Below are positions 1-8,716 of a stretch of DNA of 25,534 nucleotides, piece by piece. Source of the DNA: a virus (lineage: Duplodnaviria; Caudoviricetes); the IMG/VR virus record IMGVR_UViG_3300031965_000329, positions 1 through 25,534 of that record; one strand, given 5' to 3'. Made by a program: the position numbers and the translations under genes. Below the pieces are notes generated by a model. It had not been told where the DNA came from and did no database searches. It was given only the letters and a program-made list of their open reading frames with translations. Every line of letters starts with the position of its first letter. Within the stretch, counting starts at the first letter, position 1.

Positions 1-2
1 AT

Positions 3-701
3 GAGCCAGTCGCAATTGTGGCATTCGGACCTAGTTTGCGTCATACATGGACGCAGTTGTCCAACTTTAAAATCATTTACACCTGTAGTGGCGCACATAG
101 GTTCCTCGTTGAGAGAGGCATGGTGCCGACTTATCATGTTGACTCCGACCCACGCGCCTACAAGGCTGATATCCTCGGCGAACCACACAGAGACGTAGAA
201 TATCTTATCAGTTCCATTTGTCACCCAACTTATTTCGACAAGCTAGAGCTGCATCGCTCCAAGGTCAAGCTATGGCACATGTTGTTTTTAGAGCCGGAGA
301 TTTTCACCTTCTACCCGAAGATGGAATGGATCATGACGGGCGGACATACGGTTGGACCCCGGACGATCAAACTTGCCCGGATCATGGGACATGCCAACCT
401 GCACATGTTTGGTTTCGACGGATCGGTGGACGGAGAGGGCCGGACCCACGCTACGGAGCATCCGCACCCGCCCCTAGATATGGACTGGATTCAGTATGAG
501 GGCAAACGCTACTACACCAACCGTAACTGGGAAGATCATGCGGCGATTTTGCTCAACGACCTAGACCGCATGCCGGAAGTTAGAACGATGTTTTACGGAG
601 ACGGGCTAATCCAGGAGATGGCCAAGCGACATATCCCCGTGACTAGGGCGCCTCAGCCTATACGTGTCTACAAGGATGAAAAAGGTCAGTGCATGTGGTG
701 A
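3..701 (+). CDS. MptE-like / DUF115 (Maf-type) domain protein, 5' truncated by the window edge
   Basis: The frame is open from nt 3 (EPVAIVAFGPSL). Motifs AIVAxGPSL, CSGAHRFL, YHVDSDPR, GGHTVG and HMFGFD are typical of the family. Confidence 0.65.
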   Translation, partial: EPVAIVAFGPSLRHTWTQLSNFKIIYTCSGAHRFLVERGMVPTYHVDSDPRAYKADILGEPHRDVEYLISSICHPTYFDKLELHRSKVKLWHMLFLEPEIFTFYPKMEWIMTGGHTVGPRTIKLARIMGHANLHMFGFDGSVDGEGRTHATEHPHPPLDMDWIQYEGKRYYTNRNWEDHAAILLNDLDRMPEVRTMFYGDGLIQEMAKRHIPVTRAPQPIRVYKDEKGQCMW

Positions 702-702
702 T

Positions 703-759
703 CCCCTCTTTTCCCTTCCCTGACCCCCAATGTACAGGGGTGGGGTGGTGGGGCGTGGG
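703..759. other. Intergenic C-tract/G-tract element (hairpin or G-quadruplex potential on both strands)
   Basis: Four C-runs at 703-728, then TGTACA at 731-736, then four G3-4 runs at 737-759. Confidence 0.45.
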
Positions 760-790
760 AGGTCCGATCTTTTCTTTCGAGGTTTAGAAG

Positions 791-1567
791 ATGGAAACGA
801 ATATCGCTTTTGGTGCTACGGCGTATGGTCCAATGTGGGCGCCCGCCGTCGCAAGCTGGCTCCGGGTAGTCGGCTACACGGCCAGGCATTTTGCCTGCCA
901 GCAGGTCGGCAAGATTGGTGGTGCAGGCGTCACGGATCGCACGTACACGGCCAATGCGGAGAATCAGCTCGCCGAGGAAATGTTACAGGACGAGTCCTTC
1001 ACCCATCTCTTCATGACGGAGATGGACATGATTCTACCGCATGACACTATCACGAAGCTAGCAGAGCTGGACAAGGACATCGCTGGGGGCGTCTATTTCC
1101 TGCGGGGCGAAGTGCAGCCGGCTCGTGGCCAGCCTTGCCTTTACAAGAAGGCCCCGGCCATCGAGTGGGATAAGCGACGAATCGCGCATGAGAGCGGCAA
1201 ATATCTGCATACACCCGTGAGCCTCTTCCCACGCGATACGGCGTTCCCGGTAGATCATATCGGTCTCGGTTGTGCCTTGATCAAGCGCAAAGTGTTCGAG
1301 ACCCTAGCCAAGCCTTGGTTTGACGTGAAGTCAGCTACCGCCCAGGAATACAGCGGCTACGGCTCCGACATGTACTTCTTCACCAACGTCAAAGAGGCCG
1401 GCTTCGAGGTATGGTGCGACCCAACCGTCATCTGCGGCCAGATCGACTACTACGTCACGGATATAGACGACTACATGTGGCAGCTTGAGAACGATCCTAA
1501 GTTCGCAGGGCGCGGCTATATCGTCGGTGCTGGCGGTCCCAAGCTGGTGGAACATAAGTACGACTGA
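791..1567 (+). CDS. GT-A fold (GT2-like) glycosyltransferase
   Basis: THLFMTEMDMILP (DxD position), GGVYFLR, GLGCALIKRKVFE, GSDMYFF and GFEVWCDPTV; GAGG upstream. Confidence 0.75.
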   Translation: METNIAFGATAYGPMWAPAVASWLRVVGYTARHFACQQVGKIGGAGVTDRTYTANAENQLAEEMLQDESFTHLFMTEMDMILPHDTITKLAELDKDIAGGVYFLRGEVQPARGQPCLYKKAPAIEWDKRRIAHESGKYLHTPVSLFPRDTAFPVDHIGLGCALIKRKVFETLAKPWFDVKSATAQEYSGYGSDMYFFTNVKEAGFEVWCDPTVICGQIDYYVTDIDDYMWQLENDPKFAGRGYIVGAGGPKLVEHKYD

Positions 1568-2292
1568 TGCAAAAGCTCCCTAGCCTCAACATCGGCGCAG
1601 GCCGAACGCCGAAAGGAGCCCTGATCAACTGCGATCTATATGGAGCACCAAACATCGATATCGTCTTTGACGCCTGTAAGCCTTGGCCGTTTCCAGACTC
1701 TAGTATCGGAAGCGTGGAAAGCCACCACTGCTTCGAGCACTTGTCCGACGTGTGGACTTTCATCCGAGAGGCTCATCGCGTTCTTGCTCAGTCTGCACTC
1801 CCAAATCTCACGCTCCGGCTACCCTACGGACCTGGGATTGGCGGCCTCGGCGATATTACACATCTCCGACAGTACTTGCCGTACTCCTTCTGCTGCTTCC
1901 AGCCCGGATATGGAAGCCACACCATGAATCCGCAGCATGACGCATGGGATGCCCCGTTTAGCGTCATGGGTATCTACATGCGCATTAACCCACGCCTGCG
2001 ATGGATGACAAAACCACTCATACGGCGATGGGGCGTGCCAGCGGTGGAATTCCTGTGGGATGGCTTCATCGAGATGATCGTCGGCATGCGGGCGCTCAAG
2101 ACCAAAGCCGAGGTGGACGCCTGGCAAGCCGTCTATAGCGCCGACATGATCCCGATGGCTCCCTGCATGTACGAACATGAGTATAGCGGTAAACCGCTGG
2201 CCCCAGGCGAATCACCACGGCTCAAGTTCTTTGGCGAGTCCGCCAAGGTGCTTCAACAACTATCAGACAAGGAAAAAGGAGTAATGCAATGA
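1567..2292 (+). CDS. Class I SAM-dependent methyltransferase (Methyltransf_11-like)
   Basis: LNIGAG motif I, INCD, WPFPDSS, HCFEHL and REAHRVL; TGATG coupling to the glycosyltransferase. Confidence 0.8.
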   Translation: MQKLPSLNIGAGRTPKGALINCDLYGAPNIDIVFDACKPWPFPDSSIGSVESHHCFEHLSDVWTFIREAHRVLAQSALPNLTLRLPYGPGIGGLGDITHLRQYLPYSFCCFQPGYGSHTMNPQHDAWDAPFSVMGIYMRINPRLRWMTKPLIRRWGVPAVEFLWDGFIEMIVGMRALKTKAEVDAWQAVYSADMIPMAPCMYEHEYSGKPLAPGESPRLKFFGESAKVLQQLSDKEKGVMQ

Positions 2293-2600
2293 TAAACGCG
2301 ACAAGTTCAGATGTTGTCGTCCACGTTCCTGTTACACAGGTCACGATCCGGTGGCAAGGCGCTGAACGAAAGGTGTTCCAGATGGGTCAAGGGTTTGCTC
2401 ATGCTGAGTATAATGACAGTAATGTGCATGCTATCAGTAATCCACTAGAGGATTGGTTACGTACTTCAGCGGGTGGTATCGAGCAGGTGGATCCCATGTC
2501 GAACGTCTATTTCATCTTCGAACAGGAAGGCGAACGAGGTAATCCAGGTCTGGATGACAAGTCTCGGTCTTTGACTGACTTGCAGGTGCCGTTATCATAG
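2289..2600 (+). CDS. Hypothetical protein (103 aa)
   Basis: ATGA overlap with the methyltransferase stop and AGGAG SD; fills the operon gap. Confidence 0.65.
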   Translation: MINATSSDVVVHVPVTQVTIRWQGAERKVFQMGQGFAHAEYNDSNVHAISNPLEDWLRTSAGGIEQVDPMSNVYFIFEQEGERGNPGLDDKSRSLTDLQVPLS

Positions 2601-3550
2601 AGTCTATCACCGACCGTATCGACGCAATCACGCTCATCAAGCCGGAGTATCTACAAGTCGCTCCGCCCGCGCCCAAGTCAGTTAAAATAGAGCTTACGCA
2701 ACGCTGCAATTACCGCTGTGCCTTCTGTGCTTTGCAGTTCCGCGAGACATCGACGACCGACCTCGATTGGGAGCTTTTCAAACGCATAACCAAGGAAATG
2801 CGCGAGGCTGGCGTGGTCGAGATCGCCCCGTTTTATATCGGCGAGAGCTTTGTCGATCCCAAGCGCCTGGTAGCCGCCATCCGGTGGCTTAAAGAAGATC
2901 TTGAAACGCCATACGTGTTCCTGACTACCAACGGGAGTCTCGCCAACCCGGATGTGGTCGAACAGTGCATGAAGGCTGGCTTGAACAGCCTTAAGTTCAG
3001 CGCTACCAGCGCGGACGAAGAAGACTTCAAGAAAGTCGTCCGGGTTTCGCCTCGGCTCTTCCACAAGGCGATAGACAATATCAAGCATGCCCGTGAAATC
3101 CGCGATAAAGGCGGTTACGAAACTCGGCTCTACGCCTCCTCTATCAAGTACGACGGCGAGCAGGCTGCCCGGATGGAGTCCTTCTTGGCTGAGCACATCA
3201 TTCCCTATGTCGATCAGCATTATTGGCTTCCTCTCTATACCTTTGGAGCTATGACAGATCATGTCACAGAGAAGCTGGATTATCAACCCACGCCGGGAAA
3301 TATGGGAAGAATCGGAGCGTTGCGCGATCCTCTGCCCTGTTGGTGTGTGTTTACTGAGGGACATGTATGCGCTGACGGAATGCTCTCAGCTTGCGGATTT
3401 GACGCAACCTCCAAGTACACCGTAGCCGATCTAAACAAAGTCTCGTTCATGGAAGGCTGGCATTCGGCTAGCTTTCAAGAGTTGCGAGGCGCTCACCTCA
3501 GAAAAGACGTGAAAGGAACCGTATGCGAGGACTGCGCTTTATACAAATAG
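2597..3550 (+). CDS. Radical SAM protein with SPASM/twitch domain; probable non-canonical ATA start
   Basis: IELTQRCNYRCAFC (CxxxCxxC) lies upstream of the TTG at 2732 used by the ORF track. Also YIGES, LTTNGS, and C-terminal PCW...DGMLSACGFD...CEDC. There is an in-frame stop at 2576-2578 and no ATG/GTG/TTG/CTG before the motif. Confidence 0.85.
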   Translation: MESITDRIDAITLIKPEYLQVAPPAPKSVKIELTQRCNYRCAFCALQFRETSTTDLDWELFKRITKEMREAGVVEIAPFYIGESFVDPKRLVAAIRWLKEDLETPYVFLTTNGSLANPDVVEQCMKAGLNSLKFSATSADEEDFKKVVRVSPRLFHKAIDNIKHAREIRDKGGYETRLYASSIKYDGEQAARMESFLAEHIIPYVDQHYWLPLYTFGAMTDHVTEKLDYQPTPGNMGRIGALRDPLPCWCVFTEGHVCADGMLSACGFDATSKYTVADLNKVSFMEGWHSASFQELRGAHLRKDVKGTVCEDCALYK

Positions 3551-3921
3551 GGTTGTTGCTATTCGCGTTTAGCTGTACAACCGTTAATCCCATCGTTCAC
3601 TTCGAAGCTATGCCGAAATTCGATTCGGTCAAGGCCGATACCGCCTATACAGAAATCTTAAAGCTTGAAGATTTGTATAGACAGATAGGACAGGCGATCA
3701 TATTTGCCGTTATGATGAGTGGAGTAGACATCGCCGAGTCCGATGTGTCGTTCTTTACGGGCCAGGAAGATATCTTTTTATATCATAAGTCCGTAGCAGC
3801 GCTCGCAATATATCATAGCGAAGAGACGGCATTTGCTCTACATCTAGGTAAGGCTCAGATGGCTCTAGACCTTGTTCAAGAACGTCTAGAGCAGTTAATC
3901 GAAACGCGAAGGTCTATTTGA
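3523..3921 (+). CDS. Putative lipoprotein / exported helical protein
   Basis: AAAGGA SD; basic N-terminus and hydrophobic stretch ending AFS-C (imperfect lipobox). Confidence 0.55.
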   Translation: MRGLRFIQIGLLLFAFSCTTVNPIVHFEAMPKFDSVKADTAYTEILKLEDLYRQIGQAIIFAVMMSGVDIAESDVSFFTGQEDIFLYHKSVAALAIYHSEETAFALHLGKAQMALDLVQERLEQLIETRRSI

Positions 3922-3922
3922 C

Positions 3923-4600
3923 ATGACCCGTGAAGAAATTCAAGCCCGTATCCTCGAAGGTATTGGAGACGATCCCGATACGCCGGTCTTCTTTTCCCAG
4001 ACGCAGCTAAACGCTTTGACAGACGAAGCGCAAGAAGTCTTGACTGAGGACGTGAGGGCTGTGCGACGTACAGCGCTTATACCACTCAAAGAAGGGGTCG
4101 GCTTCATCTATACGCCAGCCGTCGACCCGGACTTCATGGCGCCAATTCGCGTCTGGAACCACCAGAACTCGACGCGGCTAACGTGCCTCTCGATGGCCGA
4201 GTTGGACGTAATCAATATCCGCTGGCAACAGACCACGGGGCAGTCCGAGGTATGGTTCCCCGTGTCCTGGGACCTGTTCGGTCTCTATCCCAAGCCGGCG
4301 GCGGCTAGCGGAGTGCTGCGAGTGGATTATCTCGCGTGGCCTCGTGCGCTAATGGACGCCGACGACCGCTCCGAGCTGCCGGAAGCGACCCACGACGCCT
4401 TGACCCTCTATGGCCAATACATGGGCTGTCTCAAGAAATGGGACTCGGAGGCGGCGATGATCCCTCTCAAAGCTCTTCAACTACACAGAACCGTGGCACA
4501 GGCCCGCTCCGGCATTTCTCGCATCTCGGTTCGCTCATTCCAACGTTCGCATGTGGTGAATAGCGGTTCGTCACCTTCATCTTATCAAACAAGGAGTTAG
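3923..4600 (+). CDS. Putative head-tail adaptor (tail tubular A-like), paralogue 1
   Basis: N-terminal helix pattern MTREEIQARI..FSQTQLNALTDEAQ, GLYPKP, LRVDY, and DDRSELPEATHDAL; position in the late operon. Confidence 0.65.
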   Translation: MTREEIQARILEGIGDDPDTPVFFSQTQLNALTDEAQEVLTEDVRAVRRTALIPLKEGVGFIYTPAVDPDFMAPIRVWNHQNSTRLTCLSMAELDVINIRWQQTTGQSEVWFPVSWDLFGLYPKPAAASGVLRVDYLAWPRALMDADDRSELPEATHDALTLYGQYMGCLKKWDSEAAMIPLKALQLHRTVAQARSGISRISVRSFQRSHVVNSGSSPSSYQTRS

Positions 4601-4601
4601 T

Positions 4602-4937
4602 ATGGCTCAAGATTATCCGACGGAATTAGCTCAAGGGGTTGTGCAAGAACTCAACCCAGTAGGTGCATCTGGACCCTTCAGTAAACTAGATCCGATGCAG
4701 TTGTTACAATATTTACAACAACTGCTAGGTGGCGGTGGTGGTGGGGATCAGCCTCAATGGGCTCCCCGTGGTGGACCTATGGACCCCGGTGGATCGGCTA
4801 TGGGTGGCAGTTTAAAAGACGCGATGCTAATGCCACAACAGCCGCCTTTACCTACGTTTGAGGAAAATCCAGAAGACTTTCAGAGACGTACTGGTCAACG
4901 AATGCGTCCACCTGGACGTGGCGTCTCTATTCCGTGA
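4602..4937 (+). CDS. Low-complexity Gly/Pro/Gln-rich hypothetical protein
   Basis: AAGGAG SD; GTGA coupling to the next gene. Confidence 0.6.
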   Translation: MAQDYPTELAQGVVQELNPVGASGPFSKLDPMQLLQYLQQLLGGGGGGDQPQWAPRGGPMDPGGSAMGGSLKDAMLMPQQPPLPTFEENPEDFQRRTGQRMRPPGRGVSIP

Positions 4938-6244
4938 TCAGTGATATCCTAGACCAAGCCCAAGAATTCCTACACGACGACGGAGCCATTTGGCCCCGCG
5001 CTGAATTACTCAATTGGGCTAACGACGGTTATCGGCAACTGCTTGCGCAGTCGCACGCAGTGGTACGTCCATTCCAACTCGATGTACCGGGTCGAACCGC
5101 ATGGTCCGGCACCCAGGAATGGGAAGATCGTCACGGTCAGGGCACCTGGCGACTAGCCGCCTATCACGTTCGAGCCGCCTCCATTTCAGCGACTTTCCAG
5201 TGGGAAGCCCAGACCCTCGAAGGCATCTCGCCGACCGCCTCGACCGATGCCATCACACACCTGTGGGAGCTATACTTCGCCTCCTCATTTGACCAACACT
5301 GCCGACTTGTGCTATCAAAGCAGCATGAACGACCACTCAAAGTCTACCACGACGACAAGAGGCTCATCGGAGCCTCTACTCGGGAACTCGACACGTTGCA
5401 AACCGAGTGGTGGCAACAGCAGGGCGACCCCATCTTCTGGTTTCCATCGTCGGGGGGTCGAGACGGGAGCTACGAAATCTATGAAATCGCCTCAGCTTAT
5501 GCTCAGTCTTACGACCTGCAAGCCGCCGAATCCGGTATGCCCCGCCTGTTCAGCGGAGATCGTACCTATACCGTGGAGTCTGCGGTTGATCGATGGGACT
5601 ATTCGTATAGTGGGGATGGGGACCTTGCTATGGTTCTTGGTCTGGGCTATCGTTTCACAAGTCGAACTGATGACTCGACCGTCGACGCGACTTTTCCATG
5701 GGAGCTTGCGCAGCTCAACGATGGGACTAGCTCCGACTCCGCAGCGGCGGTACCAGTAGGAACGGCATGGTGGGAAGATGAAGTTGAAACGACGGCGGAA
5801 GAAATCGAGCTTGCGGTTGGACTCGTTCGAGCAATTAGCAGCCCAGATCGACAGTATGCAGCCGCACCTTATGCAACTGCGGAATTCTCAACGCTTGGTA
5901 TTGGGCGTGACTTTAAGTCTAGTACAGACGCCATCACGATTTGGGAGATCATTGTCAGCGCAACGGAGCTTGACGAAGATGATGGACTGAGCCTTATCCC
6001 GGCCCGAATGGCCAAATACCTCAAGTTCTATGTGCTCTCCCGTGCCTTCAGCCGCAAAGGCCAAGGCTTCCGACCTGACATAGCTCAGCATTTCACTACG
6101 CTTTTCCAGATTGGGGTAGCCCTCTTCACGAAGATTGGCAACCTCGGTTTCATTGACCGCACCTACGCCCGCGAAGCGATTACGCCGACGCGGGGTTATC
6201 GTCCGCCACAGGTGCAGCTACCGCCAGAATTCGAGCGTTTCTAA
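4934..6244 (+). CDS. Putative head-tail adaptor paralogue 2 with large insertions
   Basis: DGAIWPRAELLNWANDGYRQL, WWQQQGDPIFW, and IPARMAKYLKFYVLSRAFSR; same scaffold as 3923..4600. Confidence 0.65.
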   Translation: MISDILDQAQEFLHDDGAIWPRAELLNWANDGYRQLLAQSHAVVRPFQLDVPGRTAWSGTQEWEDRHGQGTWRLAAYHVRAASISATFQWEAQTLEGISPTASTDAITHLWELYFASSFDQHCRLVLSKQHERPLKVYHDDKRLIGASTRELDTLQTEWWQQQGDPIFWFPSSGGRDGSYEIYEIASAYAQSYDLQAAESGMPRLFSGDRTYTVESAVDRWDYSYSGDGDLAMVLGLGYRFTSRTDDSTVDATFPWELAQLNDGTSSDSAAAVPVGTAWWEDEVETTAEEIELAVGLVRAISSPDRQYAAAPYATAEFSTLGIGRDFKSSTDAITIWEIIVSATELDEDDGLSLIPARMAKYLKFYVLSRAFSRKGQGFRPDIAQHFTTLFQIGVALFTKIGNLGFIDRTYAREAITPTRGYRPPQVQLPPEFERF

Positions 6245-7020
6245 TGCCCTTCCCTTGGCAAACCACCGGCGCCCTTAGAGGCGGAGTTCCAAACCAAATG
6301 AATGCTTCTACACCACAAAACGCAGAAGGTCTCGGCGTACCTTGGGGCAAGGCTATGTTCAACTTGCCACGCTACCAGATGCCTGGGTCTACTGTAAACT
6401 TCGGTGGCGGATTCGGTCTCTCTGGCGATATGGCTGGTGCGCCCAGTCAGTCTCAGACGGGAATGGCTCCCGGTGCAAACATCGGCAACGTTCGTTTCTC
6501 TCTTAGCAGACAGGCTAGCTCAGACCCCGTTCAGAACATCATTAACGATATTCAGAACCCACTTGGTGGCATGAGTCTGGGTTTTACCGGCGGGGGCGGC
6601 GTGGGTCAGGGACAGGACGCGCCTCAGCCAGGGCTAAGGAACAAAATGTTAGCTGGTTCAGGATACGGTAGCGGTCGAGATTTTCCCTCAGGTTTCCATA
6701 CGAATACAGCCGCACAATCACAATTCGGTCCGTCTGGACCCCCTAGCTATGCGGCTAATCCCATGAACCTACGAAATCAAATACTAGGACAAGGGATTGG
6801 TTCACCTACGGGTATCGGTGGAGCCCCTGAATTAGGTAGTGGTCGAGCCATCGCTGAAGGCATCTCTACTAATACGGCTGCACAATATGGTCAGTTTGGG
6901 CGCCCTAGCCCGGTACCACAGTACTTGGCTCAACAATATGCGGCTAGTCCCATGAGTCTACGAAATCAAATGTTAGGACAAGGGATTGGTTCGCCATTGT
7001 CGAACTTTTACTTCATTTGA
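6244..7020 (+). CDS. Disordered Gly/Pro/Gln-rich protein with internal repeats
   Basis: TAATG coupling; repeated LRN(K/Q)xL, GSGR, TNTAAQ and YAAxPMxLRNQxLGQGIGSP. Confidence 0.65.
   Translation: MPFPWQTTGALRGGVPNQMNASTPQNAEGLGVPWGKAMFNLPRYQMPGSTVNFGGGFGLSGDMAGAPSQSQTGMAPGANIGNVRFSLSRQASSDPVQNIINDIQNPLGGMSLGFTGGGGVGQGQDAPQPGLRNKMLAGSGYGSGRDFPSGFHTNTAAQSQFGPSGPPSYAANPMNLRNQILGQGIGSPTGIGGAPELGSGRAIAEGISTNTAAQYGQFGRPSPVPQYLAQQYAASPMSLRNQMLGQGIGSPLSNFYFI
6748..6992 (+). repeat. 56-nt imperfect direct repeat (6748-6803 and 6937-6992)
   Basis: tatgcggcta(a/g)tcccatga(ac/gt)ctacgaaatcaaat(ac/gt)taggacaagggattggttc. Confidence 0.9.
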
Positions 7021-7032
7021 GCAAGCTCAAAC

Positions 7033-7557
7033 ATGCCTGAACAAGTCAAGGAAATACTCCTACTTCGCGGCGTCAACCTGCGGCAAGAGGCCGCCGACGT
7101 AGAGGAGCCGGAATCTAGGAAGCTAGTCAACCTGGACCCGTTTCAACAACCTGGCGCACTTCGCGTGCGCAGAGGAAAGGAAGTGCTCGGTGGACCCTTA
7201 CAAGACGACCTGGTCAGAGCAATTGCACGCATCAATACCGTCCGTTATCAAGTCGCAGGACGACGACTCTATCGAGAGTTTACTGCAATCACTGGTCCCT
7301 ATTTGGCGGAAAACCAGAAAACCTCCTTCGCCGCCTTCCGGCCCCTTGACGATTCGGTGACGTGGGCGTTCGTGGCCGACGACGACTTTATGCTCAAGTC
7401 GGACGCTACGCGGCTCTACCAGTGGGGTATCGACGTACCGCTTTCGCCGGACCCGAAGGTGGCGAATCAGACTGGCAAGACGCCTGGTGATACGATTGCG
7501 GTAGGGACGTATAAGATCGCCATCACTCAGTTACGTTTTGACCACACCAATGGCTAA
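7033..7557 (+). CDS. N-terminal part of tail nozzle/stabilisation-type protein
   Basis: RGVN..., NLD...GALRVRRG, YQWGIDVP, VGTYKIAIT: the usual opening of podoviral tail tubular B / P22 gp10-like proteins, but it stops after 174 aa. Confidence 0.6.
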   Translation: MPEQVKEILLLRGVNLRQEAADVEEPESRKLVNLDPFQQPGALRVRRGKEVLGGPLQDDLVRAIARINTVRYQVAGRRLYREFTAITGPYLAENQKTSFAAFRPLDDSVTWAFVADDDFMLKSDATRLYQWGIDVPLSPDPKVANQTGKTPGDTIAVGTYKIAITQLRFDHTNG

Positions 7558-8716
7558 TTCCTTAGCCCATGAGGGTAATCCCAAGGAAGACGAGATAATC
7601 ATCACGGCAGGCGACGTGCTTTCCACCGCCCAGCTCGACATAGATTTCCAGTTCTTTGGACCAAACGTCCCAAATGTACCGTTATGGGCCGATGTTCCGT
7701 TTCGTATCTCATCGTCGTGCCCCAATGTCTTCACCTGGCCCGATGGTCGTGAATACATCCCGTTCAACTACAACGTCGTACAGTCTAGCGGCGCCATCAC
7801 GACGTTCACGGATCAGCTCCAAGAACAGCTTCAGAATACGACGTACTGGCTTGACCTGGATATCGAGTCTAAACCAAACTGTTGCGGCGCAGCCTACGTG
7901 CCGTTCCATATGGTCAACATCCCGACCATGAGCTTCACGACCGACCAGGTTTTTCCCGTCCACGACCTTCAGGTCTTTCGAGTCACGTTTCAAAGCGTGA
8001 CGGACACGCCGTACGCCGGCATCTGTGCTTGGGTCGAGGATGGCTCGACCTTCGACGATTTCACGGGCTACGTATTGGCCTGCAACTACGAACTAAGCGA
8101 GACGAAGTTTCTGAAGTACGTACATCAGTCGCTCTGCACCGAAGGCGAAATACTTGGGGTAATCAGCGCCGTACCGTCCGTCGCGAACAGCACGATCGCT
8201 ATCTCGGTCTACACGGACCCGAACGCGGCCTCAGCAGGCGATACGATTTGGCAGCTCGTGGCTGAGGTTAAGGACGAGAATGGTAGCCATCTTGGCAATA
8301 GCCCTATCGACTTGCAGGTTCACGACGACTTGATGGACGTTGTGTATACCGCCACCGGACGTGGAACCGAGTTCGACTCGTTCGATGCCATCCAGCACTA
8401 TACGCAAGTCAATGGTCGATGGGTCAAAGTTACTTCGGCGTTGGGTGGCAAGATCATTAGCGTTGATCCAAGCGATACGAAAGGCACTCCCACCCCTACG
8501 CCGTCCAGCGTGAACGTAGGCGCCCGCCACAACCGAGCCAACGTTGGCTTCGTGGCGCTTGGCAATCATCCTCTAGGTTCCGACACTCAGACGTTCTTCG
8601 GCGGTCAGAATGCCATCTACTTCGGTGGAACAGCCACGTTCGGCGCCTCGACCAACTTCTACGGTCTGCGCGCCGATCTGGATTCATACTCGTTTGGCAC
8701 CGGGACGCTGGCATGA
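7550..8716 (+). CDS. Tail-associated cassette protein A (beta-rich, possibly lectin-like)
   Basis: ATG at 7550 overlaps the upstream stop (ATGGCTAA); begins MANSLAHEGNPKEDEIIITAGDVLSTAQLDIDFQFFGP. Confidence 0.7.
   Translation: MANSLAHEGNPKEDEIIITAGDVLSTAQLDIDFQFFGPNVPNVPLWADVPFRISSSCPNVFTWPDGREYIPFNYNVVQSSGAITTFTDQLQEQLQNTTYWLDLDIESKPNCCGAAYVPFHMVNIPTMSFTTDQVFPVHDLQVFRVTFQSVTDTPYAGICAWVEDGSTFDDFTGYVLACNYELSETKFLKYVHQSLCTEGEILGVISAVPSVANSTIAISVYTDPNAASAGDTIWQLVAEVKDENGSHLGNSPIDLQVHDDLMDVVYTATGRGTEFDSFDAIQHYTQVNGRWVKVTSALGGKIISVDPSDTKGTPTPTPSSVNVGARHNRANVGFVALGNHPLGSDTQTFFGGQNAIYFGGTATFGASTNFYGLRADLDSYSFGTGTLA

Noticed and set aside
2678-3364. 228-aa antisense ORF and similar shadow ORFs (730..1044, 5247..5759, 9683..10195, 17833..18258, 21370..21873)
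   Set aside because: They overlap well-supported genes and show no motifs or SD.
2732-3550. TTG start for the radical SAM as in the ORF track
   Set aside because: It would delete the essential CxxxCxxC motif.
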